Assembly: GCA_002269645.1 (NCBI GenBank)
Contig: NIVC01000334.1
Span: 1-64,000 of the forward strand
DNA from: Macrostomum lignano
Taxonomy: Eukaryota
Reading direction: 5' to 3'
DNA length: 64,000 nucleotides
Translations under genes and position numbers: made by a program
Shown here: positions 38,701 through 51,471 of the stretch, piece after piece
Layout of the letters: every line of letters begins with the position of its first letter
Position numbering within the stretch: the stretch's first letter is position 1
The notes under the pieces: model-generated
The model's input: only the letters and a program-made list of their open reading frames with translations
What the model was told of the DNA's origin: nothing
The model's database searches: none

Positions 38701-41700
38701 CTTGAAGGCTACTGCGGTGACAGGTTCGGCATTTTTCCGGCCGACTACGTGCGCTTCTTGGACGAGACGGACCAGACGGTTGACAGATTCGATTGCAGCA
38801 ACGCTGACGAGAGCGCGGCGGCGGTCGGAGGCGGCGCAGGCTTTGCGGAGGAGGCGACAATGGCGCAGGAGACTTCAAAGCTGCATAGTGGCTACACTCG
38901 GAGCGGGTCTCAGGTGAGCGGCGAACTTGTACCTGATTGATTCTGTACCAGATGGAGTCTGTACTCGACTTGATTCTGTACCAGATGGAGTCTGTACTCA
39001 ACTTGATTCTGTACCAGATGGAGTCTGTACTCAACTTGATTCTGTACCAGATCGAGTCTGTACTCGACTTGATTCTGTACCAGATGGAGTCTGTACTCAA
39101 CTTGATTCTGTACCAGATCGAGTCTGTAATCGACTTGATTCTGTACCAGATGGAGACTGTACTCGACTTGATTCTGTACTCAACTTGATTCTGTACTCGA
39201 CTTGATTCTGTGCCAGATCGAGTCTGTACTCAACTTGATTCTGTACCAGATCGAGTCTGTAATCGACTTGATTCTGTACCAGATGGAGTCTGTACTCAAC
39301 TTGATTCTGTGCCAGATCGAGTCTGTACTCAACTTGATTCTGTACCAGATCGAGTCTGTAATCGACTTGATTCTGTACCAGATGGAGTCTGTACTCAACT
39401 TGATTCTGTGCCAGATCGAGTCTGTACTCAACTTGATTCTGTACCAGATGGAGTCTGTACTCAACTTGATTCTGTACCAGATCGAGTCTGTAATCGACTT
39501 GATTCTGTACCAGATGGAGTCTACTCAACTTGATTCTGTAACAGATGGAGACTGTACTCGACTTGATTCTGTACTCGACTTGATTCTGTGCCAGATCGAG
39601 TCTGTACTCAACTTGATTCTGTACCAGATCGAGTCTGTAATCGACTTGATTCTGTACCAGATCGAGTCTGTACTCAACTTGATTCTGTAACACATGGAGA
39701 CTGTACTCGACTTGATTCTGTACTCGACTTGATTCTGTACTCGACTTGATTCTGTGCCAGATCGAGTCTGTACTCAACTTGATTCTGTACCAGATCGAGT
39801 CTGTAATCGACTTGATTCTGTACCAGATCGAGTCTGTACTCAACTTTAGTCTGTACCAGATCGAGTCTGTACTCAACTTGAGTCTGTACCAGATCGAGTC
39901 TGTACTCAACTTGAGTCTGTACCAGATCGAGTCTGTACTCAACTTGATTCTGTACCAGATCGAACACCCTCGCCTAACTCCGTTCTCCGCCAATGCCGCA
40001 GGCACAGCCCACTCTCTACGAGCAGGAGCTGCAGTCCTACGGCCAGGTTAAATACCCGTTCGTTGCCCAGGAGACGGGCGAACTCACGGTCATGCCCGAC
40101 ACCATAGTGTACCTGCTGGGCCATCAGGATCACGAGTGGACCTACTGCATGGTTGACAGCGACTACGGGCCTCAACGCGGCCTGGTACCCACCGCATACA
40201 TCGACATCATTGTCGACTGCGACCACGGCGCCCGGACGCTGATGTCCGAGCCACAGCCACCCCTGGCCAAGTTGTCCGAGTCTGCTTCCGCTTTGGTTGA
40301 AGAAGAAGATGCCGCCAGACGCGAGCCGGCCTTCCATTTGAGCAGCCTGGACTCCAAGGAGGCAAAGAGGCTCAGCCTGGACCAGGCCATCAGCGCCGAG
40401 CTGTCCCTGGCCAAGGCGTCCGGCGCCGAGCGAGTTCGCGCTCTACCTGACAGCGACAAGGCCGCCATGGCGCTGCTGCTGATGGCTCAGACCGAGAATC
40501 TGTTGCTGCAGTCCTCAGCTGCTCAGCAGGCGAGCCTGCCTCCGCCGTTGCCGCCTCCGCCAGTGCAGCCGCCACCCGTTCCGCCGCCTCCGCTCCCTCG
40601 CCAGCCGCCGCCGATGCCGCCGTTGCCTCTGCCGCCGCCGCTGCCGCCCGCCGTCAGTCCGTCCCGCGTGGCGCCTTCGGTGCCGCCGAAGCCATCCGAC
40701 TCTTTGGTGCGCTCGCGGCTCGGCAGCTCCGACGCAGCGGCTGCGGTCGCAGTCACCGAGGATCAGATCGTGCGCGACCTTCGAAGCCGAATCAACAGCC
40801 TCGACAAGCAGGGCGAAGACCGCGAAGCGTCCGCCACCGCTGCTGCAACCGCCGCCGCCGCCGCCAACGTCGCCTTGAAGGACGGCGGCGCCGGAGGCTC
40901 CGGCGAGCGGGCCTACCTAACCGACATCCTGGCCGGCCTCGAGCCGACGCCGGTCGACGCCGTCAGCGAGGAGGCTGCCAAGCGCCGCCGCCGCTGGACT
41001 CACGTGTTCAACGAGCTGACTGCCACCGAGCGGGCCTTCAACTCGGACATGACCGCCCTGGCCGAGGCCTTCCTCCGCCAGCCTGGCGCCGCCGACCGGC
41101 CGGCCGGTTTCCCAGCCGAGTCCCTGTTCGCCCACCTGGAAGAGGTGGAGGCAGTGTCGGCCGGCCTCCTGTCCGACTGGGAGCGGCAGCCGGCTGACCC
41201 GGGTGCGGCTCTGCTGCGCCGCCAGGCTGAGCTGGAGTCGGCCTACTCCGGCTACTGCGGCAGGCAGAGGGAGTCGCTGGAGCTGGCAACCCGCCTGTCC
41301 GGCCATCCGCAGTTCGGCCCCTACATGTCGGCCAAGGCGGCCAAGCTGATGCCCAACAGCCGGTTCGACCTGAGCGCCCTGCTGATCAAGCCAGTCCAGC
41401 GGGTCACCAAATACCCGCTGCTGCTGAACGATCTGGTGCAGTCTGCCGAGCCCGGCTCCGCCGAAGCGGACAATCTGGTTGCCGCTTTCCAGCTAGTGAA
41501 GAGTCTGGTGCACCACATCAACGAGTCGCAGCGCACCAGGGAGCTGCTCAATCGGTATCTGTATAGTAATAGGCGAGGCGGCGGCGGCGGCGGCGACGGC
41601 GCCGGAGGCCAAAACGACAGCGGCGAGAGCGGCTGGCGGCTGTCGCACGCGCTGACAAAGAAGAGCGGCCGACTGTCGCAGATGATCAGCGCCGGCCTGG

Positions 41701-44542
41701 GGCTGGCGGAGAGCACGCAGGACGAAGAGTTGGAACGGTGCGTGGCCAATTTTAAACAGTGCAAACGCTGCGTCCGAGTGCTGCTGGATCGGTGCGAAGC
41801 TCTGGGTGCGGCGATGCGGCACAGCCTCACTGATCTGGTGGGTCTGACGCAGAGCCTCTGTGCGTTCAGCTCTGAGTGCGGCGGGCTGGAGCAGGCCAAT
41901 CAGGTAAGTTGGGATTCCACTTTATATATTTGCATTACTTTAAAATCCTATTATCCCATGCTGAAATCCCATTATCCCATACTGAAATCCCAGTATCCCA
42001 TACTGAAATCCCATTATCCCATGCTTAAATCCCAGTATCCCATACTAAAATCCTATATCCCATGCTGAAATCCCATTATCCCATGCTGAAATCCCAGTAT
42101 CCCATACTGAAATCCCATATCCCATTACTGAAATCCCATTATCCCATGCTGAAATACCAGTATCCCATATTGAAATCCTATTATCCCATACTGAAATCCT
42201 ATTGTCGCGACTTTCCTATTCATTTCTTAGTTCACCTTCACTTGTCTCTGTTTACTCTGTTCTCTCTCTCTGTCTAGCCCAATCTTGTTTTTCTTATCTC
42301 TCTCTCCCTTGCTGCCTTCTGATTGGCTCTCCATTCTCATCTCTCTTTAGTCGCGCACTCCACCCCTCTCTTTATTATCTTCAATTCAAAACCCCCTGCA
42401 ATTTAATGTCATATAAATATACTGGTTTGGGCCCTGCGCCCACTTACTGGCTCTTCTTAGTATTCAATATATCATCTAATTTAGTTCTAGTGTTTTTAGT
42501 CTTATTTTCTCTACACCTATATCCCATACCGAAATCCCATATCCCATACTGAAATCCTATATCCCATACTGAAATCCCATATCCCATACTGAAATCCTAT
42601 ATCCCATACTGAAATCCCATATCCCATACTGAAACCTATATCCCATACTGAAATCCCAGTATCCCATATTGAAATCCCTATATCCCATACTGAAATCCCA
42701 GTATCCCATATTGAAATCCCAGTATTATCCCATACTGAAATCCTATATCCCATACTGAAATACCATATCCCATACTGAAATACCATATCCCATACTGAAA
42801 TCCCATATCCCATATTGAAATCCCAACTGCAGAATGTTGAAATCCCAAAGAGAAATCAGATAATCCCGTATTTGAATCGAACTCTCCGGTATTCAAATCC
42901 AATTCAATCGACTCCCAACCCCCCCTACCCTTATGACAGCTGCTGTCAGTGCAGCGGGCCCTGCTCCAGGACTACACTGGGCAGTGTCTGGCAGACTTGG
43001 ACTCGGAAGTCCTGGCCCCGCTGAACGAGCTGCTAGGCTGCTACCGCGGCCCCGCTACCCTAATTATCAAGTGCAACAGCAAGCGGCTGGACTACGACAA
43101 GCTGCGCGGCCAGTCGGCCAAGAAGGCCGAGCTCACCGCCAGGGAGCGGGAGGACCTTGGCACCGCCGAGAGGACCTACGCGGCCCTGCGCGACCGCCTC
43201 AAAGAGGAGCTGCCGCAGCTGTGCCGCCTGTCCGTGACGTTTCTGCAGCACTCGCTAGCCAGGTTCGCCCGCCTACACCAGGGCTTCACTAGGCGCTCGC
43301 TTGACTCGCTGAATTCCGCTCCGCTGCCCGGCCTGGAGGCCACCTTCGCCGATAGGTGCGCAGCCGACTTGGCCGACGTCACCGACCGGCTGGCCGCGCT
43401 GAGAATCGCGCCCGACGGCTTCAGTCCGCGAGTAGCTGGCGGCGTTGGAGCAACTCGGACATCGGAGTCTGCGGTCGCTTCCGCGGCGGAGCCTGTACAG
43501 CAGCAGCAGCCTCAGACTCAGTCCACCACCATCTGGTACGTGGACCCGTTCCCGTTGTTGAACACGGAGCTCGAGCCGATGACAGCCGAGACGGCAGCTG
43601 CCGATGCTCCGATTCCCGCGGCTCGGAGGCAGCCGTCGTCTGAGGTGAGTCCGCCTTCAGGTCCCTACTGAGCTCTCCGCTACCTCCTTCAGGTCCCTAC
43701 TGAGCTCTCCGCTACCTCCTTCAGGTCCCTACTGAGCTCTCCACTGCTCCTTCAGGTCCCTACTGAGCTCTCCACTGCTCCTTCAGGTCCCTACTGAGCT
43801 CTTCAGTGCCTCCTTCAGGTCCCTACTGAGCTCTCCGCTGCCTCCTTCAGGTCCCTACTGAGCTCTCCGCTGCCTCCTTCAGGTCCCTACTGAGCTCTCC
43901 GCTGCTCATTCAGGTTCCTACTGAGCTCTCCGCTGCCTCCTTCAGGTCCCTACTGAGCTCTCCGCTGCCTCCTTCAGGTCCCTACTGAGCTCTCCGCTGC
44001 CTCCTTCAGGTCCCTACTGAGCTCTCCGCTGCTCATTCAGGTTCCTACTGAGCTCTCCGCTGCCTCCTTCAGGTCCCTACTGAGCTCTCCGCTGCCTCCT
44101 TCAGGTCCCTACTGAGCTCTCCGCTGCTCATTCAGGTCCCTACTGAGCTCTCCGCTGCCTCCTTCAGGTCCCTACTGAGCTCTCCGCTGCTCCTTCGGTC
44201 CCTCATTAGGCTCTCCGCTTCTCTCTTAGTAACTCGCTAAATTAGACTCCACAACCCCTGAAGTTCACCCTCACAAAAGCTTCATGTGTACGCTCGTACT
44301 GCAACTGCACCGCCATTTCCTTGCAGGCCTCTCAGCAGCAGCAGCCGGACCCCGTCGCCCGAGTTATTTACGCATTCTGCGGCCGGAATCCGAACGAGCT
44401 CACCGTCGTGCCAGACGAGCTGGTCAGAGTGCGCGCCTTCTGCGACCAGTCGGGAAATTCAGACTGGTGGCTGGTGACCAAGACTGATGCGTCCGCTCTG
44501 AGCGGCTATGTTCCCGCTGCCTATGTTGCTAGGGAGGCCTGA
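35771..44542 (+). CDS. DNMBP: Dynamin-binding protein (Tuba): 4 N-terminal SH3, Pro-rich linker, DH (RhoGEF), BAR, C-terminal SH3; ~1220 aa
   Basis: Exons 35771-35975, 38270-38913, 40002-41903, 42940-43644, 44327-44542, phases consistent. SH3 motifs (ELRPGD..WGRG..GIFP, DLAMSPGD..WWLG..GAFP, ELSFNQGD..GIFPADYV, ELTVMPD..GLVPTAYI). DH (VFNELTATERAF, LLIKPVQRVTKYPLLL). BAR (IIKCNSKRLDYD..YAALRDRLKEELP). Last SH3 (NELTV..DWWLV..GYVPAAYV). The exon 2 and exon 4 acceptors are the best choice among several nearby AGs. Confidence 0.9.
36011..38255 (+). repeat. 31-bp minisatellite (GTGTAGGCTGTCAGGTTGGGGACAGTGTCAG)n, ~70 copies, DNMBP intron 1
   Basis: Seen directly. Confidence 0.97.
38938..39962. 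repeat. 33-bp minisatellite (TTGATTCTGTACCAGATGGAGTCTGTACTCAAC)n, DNMBP intron 2
   Basis: Seen directly. Confidence 0.96.
41940..42820. repeat. two blocks (41940-42200, 42520-42820) of 20-21 bp repeat (CTGAAATCCCA[T/G]TATCCCATA)n, DNMBP intron 3
   Basis: Seen directly; blocks separated by a pyrimidine-rich spacer. Confidence 0.9.
43640..44205 (+). repeat. 32-bp minisatellite (CTGAGCTCTCCGCTGCCTCCTTCAGGTCCCTA)n, DNMBP intron 4
   Basis: About 17 units; the first degenerate unit overlaps the donor. Confidence 0.95.
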
Positions 44543-44596
44543 GCATCCCACTGCTCAGGCTCCCTGTGCTCCTCTCTCATCTGCCTTTGCCCTCCC

Positions 44597-45590
44597 TGAT
44601 ATAACTCCCTTCACCCTCCATAACTCCCTTCACCCTCCCTGATATAACTCCCTTCATCCTCTCTGATATAACTCCCTTCACCCTCCCTGATATAGCTCCC
44701 TTCACCCTCCATAACTCCCTTCACCCTCTGATATAACTCCCTTCACCCTCCCTGATATAACTCCCTTCATCCTCTCTGATATAACTTCCTTCACCCTCCC
44801 TGATATAGCTCCCTTCACCCTCCATAACTCCCTTCACCCTCCCTGATATAACTCCCTTCACCCTCCATAACTCCCTTCACCCTCCCTGATATAACTCCCT
44901 TCACCCTCCCTGATATAACTCCCTTCACCCTCCCTGATATAACTCCCTTCACCCTCCCTGATATAACTCCCTTCACCCTCCATAACTCCCTTCACCCTCC
45001 ATAACTCCCTTCACCCTCCCTGATATAACTCCCTTCACCCTCCCTGATATAACTCCCTTCACCCTCCCTGATATAACTCCCTTCACCCTCCATAACTCCC
45101 TTCACCCTCCCTGATATAACTCCCTTCACCCTCCATAACTCCCTTCACCCTCCCTGATATAACTCCCTTCACCCTCCCTGATATAACTCCCTTCACCCTC
45201 CATAACTCCCTTCACCCTCCCTGATATAACTCCCTTCACCCTCCCTGATATAACTCCCTTCACCCTCCCTGATATAACTTCCTTCACCCTCCCTGATATA
45301 ACTCCCTTCACCCTCCCTGATATAACTCCCTTCACCCTCCCTGATATAACTCCCTTCACCCTCCCTGATATAACTCCCTTCACCCTCCCTGATATAACTT
45401 CCTTCACCCTCCCTGATATAACTCCCTTCACCCTCCCTGATATAACTCCCTTCACCCTCCCTGATATAACTCCCTTCACCCTCCCTGATATAGCTCCCTT
45501 CACCCTCCCTGATATAACTCCCTTCACCCTCCCTGATATAACTCCCATCAACCTCCATAACTCCCTTCACCCTCCCTGATATAGTTCTCT
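44597..45590. repeat. 24/19-bp minisatellite (ATAACTCCCTTCACCCTCCCTGAT)n
   Basis: Starts ~55 bp after the DNMBP stop. Confidence 0.96.
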
Positions 45591-46479
45591 TCACCCGCCC
45601 TTCTCTCTTCACCCTCCCTTCTCTCTTCCCTCCCTGATGAATGATTCAGTACATGATATTAGAACAATCTGATTAGATTTGGCGCCATTTGTTAATACTA
45701 ATAGAAGTACTAATACAATGATTTAACACCATTTATAATTGTCTTTCTATATTTTCTTATCCTTCTATCCGTTTCATATAAACGAGCATAAAATGATCTA
45801 CTGTGCTGTTTAAACTAATATTCGGTCTGTCTGTCTGTATTGGATTTATTTTATGGTTCGATTCTATTAGTATACTGATTCTATATTAGGTGCTATGTTA
45901 CATATTGTAAAACTGCAGGCTTCATTGTGAATGTTTATTATTGTAGTTAATGCGACGTCAAGTTTCACGTATATCTAGCCATTTATCATTAGTTCAAGCT
46001 GCCTAATTTTTATCCCAGAATATTATTCTCGTGTAAACAAGGGAGTTAAGTCAGGTCTATTCAGACTTATAGAGCCACAATATTTAGGTTTTATCCTAAG
46101 AAGCGGAATTGCCATTTGGCAGCAGTAGATTTGGTCTAGCCCATAGACATGGATGGTAAAAGTGCAAGCAATTTTGATAATTCGGCCGTAGGCATCAGGG
46201 CATAAAAAGGATCTCCTAATTGATCTTGTTTGCCTTTTGCGATTGTTTTCTACCTGCTCGTGTAAGCTATCAATCTCTTTACTATTAATAATTGTTTTCT
46301 GTGAGCATGCCGTACTTTTTACCTGGCATTAATCTATGCGCTACTATTGTTAGCCGTAAATTAGAGAATTCAGAAATAACTGCAAGAACCCTGATTTGAG
46401 CTAGCGGGCAATGCGAACCTGCTCAGTAGATTCGAGTTGATTAATTTCTCCTATTGTAACCATCTTGAACCTATTTAAG

Positions 46480-47495
46480 AGTCGGGATCCCGGGATTGAG
46501 AGTCGGGATCTGGGGATTGAGGAGTCGGGATCCCGGTATTAAAAGTCGGTATGCCGGTATTGAGGAGTCGGGATCCCGGGATTGAGGAGTCGGGATCCCG
46601 GGATTGAGGAGTCGGGATCCCGGGATTAGAGAGTCGGGATCCCAGGATTGAGGAGTCGGGATCCTGGAATCAAAGAGTCGGGATCCCGGGATTGAGGAGT
46701 CGGGATCCTGGAATCAAAGAGTCGGGATCCCGGGATTGAGGAGTCGGGATCCTAGAATCAAAGAGTCGGGATCCCGGATTGAGGAGTCGGGATCCTAGAA
46801 TCAAAGAGTCGGGATTGATTAGAGAGTCGGGATCCTAGAATCAAAGAGTCTGGATCCTGGGATTAGAGAGTCGGGATCCTAGAATCAAAGAGTCTGGATC
46901 CGGGATTAGAGAGTCGGGATCCTAGAATCAAAGAGTCTGGATCCTGGGATTAGAGAGTCTGGATCCGGGATTAGAGAGTCGGGATCCTGGGGATTAGAGA
47001 GTCTGGATCCTGGGATTAGAGAGTCGGGATCCTGGAATCAAAGAGTCTGGATCCTGGGATTAGAGAGTCGGATCCTAGAATCAAAGAGTCTGGATCCTGG
47101 GATTAGAGAGTCTGGATCCTGGGATTAGAGAGTCGGGATCCTGGAATCAAAGAGTCTGGATCCTGGGATTAGAGAGTCGGGATCCTGGAATCAAAGAGTC
47201 TGGATCCTGGGATTAGAGAGTCGGGATCCTGAATCAAAGAGTCGGGATCCCGGGATTGAGGAGTCGGGATCCTGGAATCAAAGAGTCGGGATCCCGGGAT
47301 TGAGGAGTCGGGATCCTGGAATCAAAGAGTCGGGATCCTGGGATTAGAGAGTCGGGATCCTGGAATCAAAGAGTCGGGATCCCGGGATTGAGGAGTCGGG
47401 ATCCTGGAATCAAAGAGTCTGGATCCTGGGATTAGAGAGTCGGGATCCTGGAATCAAAGAGTCTGGATCCTGGGATTAGAGAGTCGGGATCCCGA
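46480..47495. repeat. 22-bp minisatellite (GAGTCGGGATCCCGGGATTGAG)n
   Basis: Seen directly; ends ~140 bp before the DENR ATG. Confidence 0.95.
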
Positions 47496-47634
47496 GTTAG
47501 GTTTATTTTCAAGCAACTGCAAGCTCTTCCTAATTAACCAATCAGACTAATACTCGATTTCTTCATGCTTTCGAGCCAACAGCAGCAGCGGCAGCAGTAC
47601 TCAGCTTCATCGGCAGCTCAAGCATCAGCACGCG

Positions 47635-48831
47635 ATGTCAGACGGCGGCCAGAGCGACAGAGAGGCGCCGCCGCCGGCTGAGTCTTCGGCGCCATCCGCA
47701 GCCGCCGCCCCCGCCGCTCTGTCGGCTACAGCGTGCGGCGGCTTCCTGTCGGAACCGAAGCCGGTGCCGGGGGTGCGCTACCCACTGCAGGTGCAGTACT
47801 GCGGCGCCTGCTCCCTGCCGCTGGAGCTGTGCGAGTTCTCCCCGGATCCTGGCGCGTGCAGGTGAAGTACTTTTTATTTTATTCGAAACAGTAAAACAGC
47901 GGCGCATCTGAAGGCTGCGTACGGCTGTTCAGTCCAAGGACTGGGGGTGGGGGGTCGCCACACACACCCTTAACTACCCCAGCTAATGCTGGCATCCATT
48001 TTACAGCTGGGTGAACTGAAGCACTGCAGATTTAAGTGTCTTGCTCAAGGACACAAATTGTTCCAAATGTGTCAAGAATCGAACCCCCGACCTTTTAGCC
48101 GTGAATCCGCCGCGCTAACCACTAGGCTAGAATCCCCCAAAACGAAAACAGTTTCTCTACTTTCAGTTCAGTAGTATTGAAGAATGCGTGAGCCATTTTT
48201 AATGAAAATACGGGCAGTTGGAAGTGACGACATGCACACGTAAACAGCTCAAACGCCTTCGGCGACATGATGTACATACAAGCGCGTCAATACTGTACGC
48301 AGGCACGGCACTCATGCACACGCTCACTCAGGGTGTACAGCAGCCCTGACTTTCTAATCATCAGGCATGTACACTCTCAAGAAAGATGGAATTGGCTGAC
48401 ATTCCCACAGGGCCTGGCTGGAGCAAAACCTGCCCGAAGAGTTCGCCCGGCTGAACACAGGGGCCGCGGCGGCAGACGAGGCGGACGACGACAAGAAGAA
48501 GCGCCAGACCCGGGGCGGCAAGGGCGGAAACAAGGAGGCCAAGAAGAAGAAGGAGGCGGCCGATCAGGCCAGGATTTGCCTGTCCCGAGCGCAGCGGGGC
48601 AAGCGGAAGTCGGTGACGGTGGTCACCGGCTTGTCCTCGTTCGGCATCGATCTGAAGGAGGCCTCCCGGGTGTTTGGCCAGAAGTTCGCCACCGGCGCCA
48701 GCGTCACGGGCAACGGGGACGAGATTGTGATCCAGGGCGACGTGCGGGACGACCTGTTCGACCTCCTGCCGGAGCGGTGGCCGAGCATCGACGAGGAGCG
48801 AATCGAGGATCTGGGCGATTTGAAGCGATGA
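47635..48831 (+). CDS. DENR: Density-regulated protein (translation reinitiation factor, SUI1 domain), 215 aa
   Basis: Exons 47635-47861 and 48411-48831 (phase 2). YPLQVQYCGACSLPLELCEF, WLEQNLPEEF, RQTRGGKG, RGKRKSVTVVTGL, KFATGASVTG..EIVIQGDV. Confidence 0.96.
47895..48137 (-). mobile_element. tRNA-derived SINE, antisense in the DENR intron
   Basis: Minus strand: GGGGATTC-TAGCCTAGTGG (A box)...GGTTCGATTC (B box), then GTGTCCTTGAGCAAGACACTTAA and CACCCAGCTGTAAAATGG, which resemble conserved SINE central domains. Confidence 0.8.
48275..48373 (+). repeat. dispersed ~90-100 bp repeat, copy 3
   Basis: Matches 5587-5690 through CTAATCATCAGGCATGTACA. Confidence 0.85.
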
Positions 48832-48964
48832 TGAACTGGGATGCTGGCTGCTTAGCTCTGGGTGCTCGGCTTTTATAACAGTATGAGGCTGGCTGCTGAG
48901 GTGCCTGTGCTGGGTTCAGTCTATGCTCGCTTTTATCTATTCTTAATGATCACTTCTCGTGGGC

Positions 48965-49260
48965 TATCTATTCTCCTGCTATCTCTATTCTCATGCTATC
49001 TATTCTCAGTCGCATCTATTCTCAGTCGTATCTATTCACAAGCTAATCTATTCTCAACCATATCTGTTCTCAAGCTAATCTATTCTCAACCATATCTGTT
49101 CTCAAGCTAATCTATTCTCAGTCGTATCTATTCTCAACCGTATCTATTCTGAAGCTAATCTATTCTCAACCGTATCTATTCTTAAGCTAATCTATTCTCA
49201 ATCATATCTATTCTCCTGCTATCTATTCTCAATCTTATCTACTCTTGTTCAGTCTACTCT
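48965..49260. repeat. degenerate 12-13 bp repeat (TATCTATTCTCA)n
   Basis: Seen directly downstream of DENR. Confidence 0.8.
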
Positions 49261-49709
49261 TATCCATATGTTTCTTATGGAACTCTTAATCTCTCTCCCT
49301 CTCCCATTGAGTTCTCAGTCTGCAAACCCCATAAGCACCGGTGCCTCAGTCTAACAAAAGAGTTCAAATTAAAACGCACAGATTGATTGAATTTTTCATT
49401 CGAACTAATTAACTGCCTGGGTGACTCTTAATAGTAAAGTTATGAGAGTTGTTTAACGTTAAATTATTGGAAATAATTGGCGCTAAGTTTAGCTCATGTG
49501 TGTGACTGTAACTGCCAGCCTCAGAACAGAAATTATGGCAAAATTATAGAATTTCGGATCGGAAGTGTCTTCTTCCTTTGCGGCATTTTCTGAAGCTCTG
49601 CGAGCTTTGGGCAGCTCAGCCTACGCAGTTCCTACTTGGCTCGGTGTGGCTTGCGTTTTGTTATTTATTTCATAGTCATCCTGCGCTGAGTGACCAGATA
49701 CCAGGTACA

Positions 49710-50775
49710 GGAGTGACCAGATGCATTGATGCATTAGCGGATAGAAGAGTGACCAGATGCATTGGTGGATAAGAGAGTGACCAGATCATTGGTGGATAAG
49801 GGAGTGACCAGATGCATTGATGGATAAGAGAGTGACCAGATCATTGGTGGATAAAGGAGTGACCAGATGCATTAATGGATAAGAGAGTGACCAGATCATT
49901 GGTGGATAAAGGAGTGACCAGATGCATTGATGCATTAGCGGATAGAAGAGTGACCAGATGCATTGGTGGATAAGAGAGTGACCAGATCATTGGTGGATAA
50001 GGGAGTGACCAGATGCATTGATGGATAAGAGAGTGACCAGATCATTGGTGGATAAAGGAGTGACCAGATGCATTAATGGATAAGAGAGTGACCAGATCAT
50101 TGGTGGATAAAGTAGTGACTAGATGCATTGGTGGATAAGGGAGTAACCAGATGCATTATAATGGATAAGGGAGTGACAAGATGCATTGGTGGATAAAGGA
50201 GTGACCAGATGCATTGGTGGATAAGGGAGTGACCAGATGCATTGGTGGATAAGGGAGTGACCTGATGCATTGGTGGATAAGGGAGTGACCAGATGCATTG
50301 GTGGATAAGGGAGTGACCAGATGCATTGGTGGATAAAGGAGTGACCAGATGTATTGGTGAATAAGGGAGTGACCAGATGCATTGGTGCATAAGGGAGTGA
50401 CCAGATGTATTGGTGGATAAGGGAGTGACCAGATGCATTGGCGGATTAAAGAGTGACCAGATGCATTGGCGGATTAAAGAGTGACCAGATGCATTGTCGG
50501 ATTAAAGAGTGACCAGATGCATTGGCGGATTAAAGAGTGACCAGATGCATTGTCGGATTAAAGAGTGACCAGATGCATTGGCGGATTAAAGAGTGACCAG
50601 ATGCATTGGCGGATTAAAGAGTGACCAGATGCATTGTCGGATTAAAGAGTGACCAGATGCATTGGCGGATTAAAGAGTGACCAGATGCATTGGCGGATTA
50701 AAGAGTGACCAGATGCATTGTCGGATTAAAGAGTGACCAGATGCATTGGCGGATTAAAGAGTGACCAGGTGCATT
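49710..50775. repeat. 28-bp minisatellite (GAGTGACCAGATGCATTGGTGGATAAGG)n with block-wise variants
   Basis: Seen directly. Confidence 0.95.
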
Positions 50776-51471
50776 GGCCCGATAACCATATTCAGTTTCT
50801 AAGATAATCAATAACTCGAACACGGCAATGCTTATTTTGTTCTACTCTGGTCACAGTGATTGCAGACGGTTTTTGTGTATTCGGACTCTGGGCTGTTGCA
50901 ACAGCGCTACCAAATAAAAGCAACAGAGAAAAGCCGCAAAAGCAACTGCAAAATATTTGAAGCTGATCGCGCTAGTAGAAAAAAATTTCGGTTTAAAAAA
51001 GTACAGCGTGAACTGTGTACGCGGAAGGGAGCAACAAAGGGAGCGAGGCAGATTGCAATGCTTGATTTAATCAGTTCTGGAGCAAAGACAGATGCAGCTT
51101 AACGAATGTGATTTATTGCGCAATACAGTTAAAAGTACAACAGGAAACTCTCGCCTATCGCGGCGCTATGTTGAGCCCAGATGCGATGGGGCGTACGGTA
51201 CTGAGATTAGAAAACTGCAACGGATGAAAGCAATCGAATAGAAGTGCGGATGCATTATCGGTGCAGCAGAAGACATTGCCTACAAAAACAATCTGTTAGC
51301 GAGTACATTAAAAAGCAAATATGCGCGAGATTTTTGCACTCTGACTTGGTACTTTATCCAACAGTATTGCACTGGGCCGCTCTCTGATGGAGGGCTGGAA
51401 TTCGCGTTACGAATCTAAGGATCGAGATTTCAGAATCATTATTAAAAATTGCCACACAAAAATTTGCATTT

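Noticed and set aside
40172-41899. Antisense and alternative-frame ORFs over DNMBP, NAGK, SMAD, bestrophin and the RCC1 gene
   Set aside because: These are expected shadows of GC-rich coding DNA and have no recognisable domains.
46480-47495. Apparent enrichment of 6-bp palindromes (GGATCC, TCTAGA, GATATC, AGATCT, GAGCTC) in array units
   Set aside because: About a third of random 25-mers contain one; the observed share of roughly half is not convincing.
47895-48137. Possible tRNA gene
   Set aside because: A and B boxes are present, but there is no acceptor-stem closure and a SINE-like body follows.
48275-48373. Hammerhead-like CTGATGA...GAAA on the minus strand of the dispersed repeat
   Set aside because: Only 3 nt separate the motifs, so there is no stem II; stem III/NUH geometry fails and copy 2 lacks CTGATGA.
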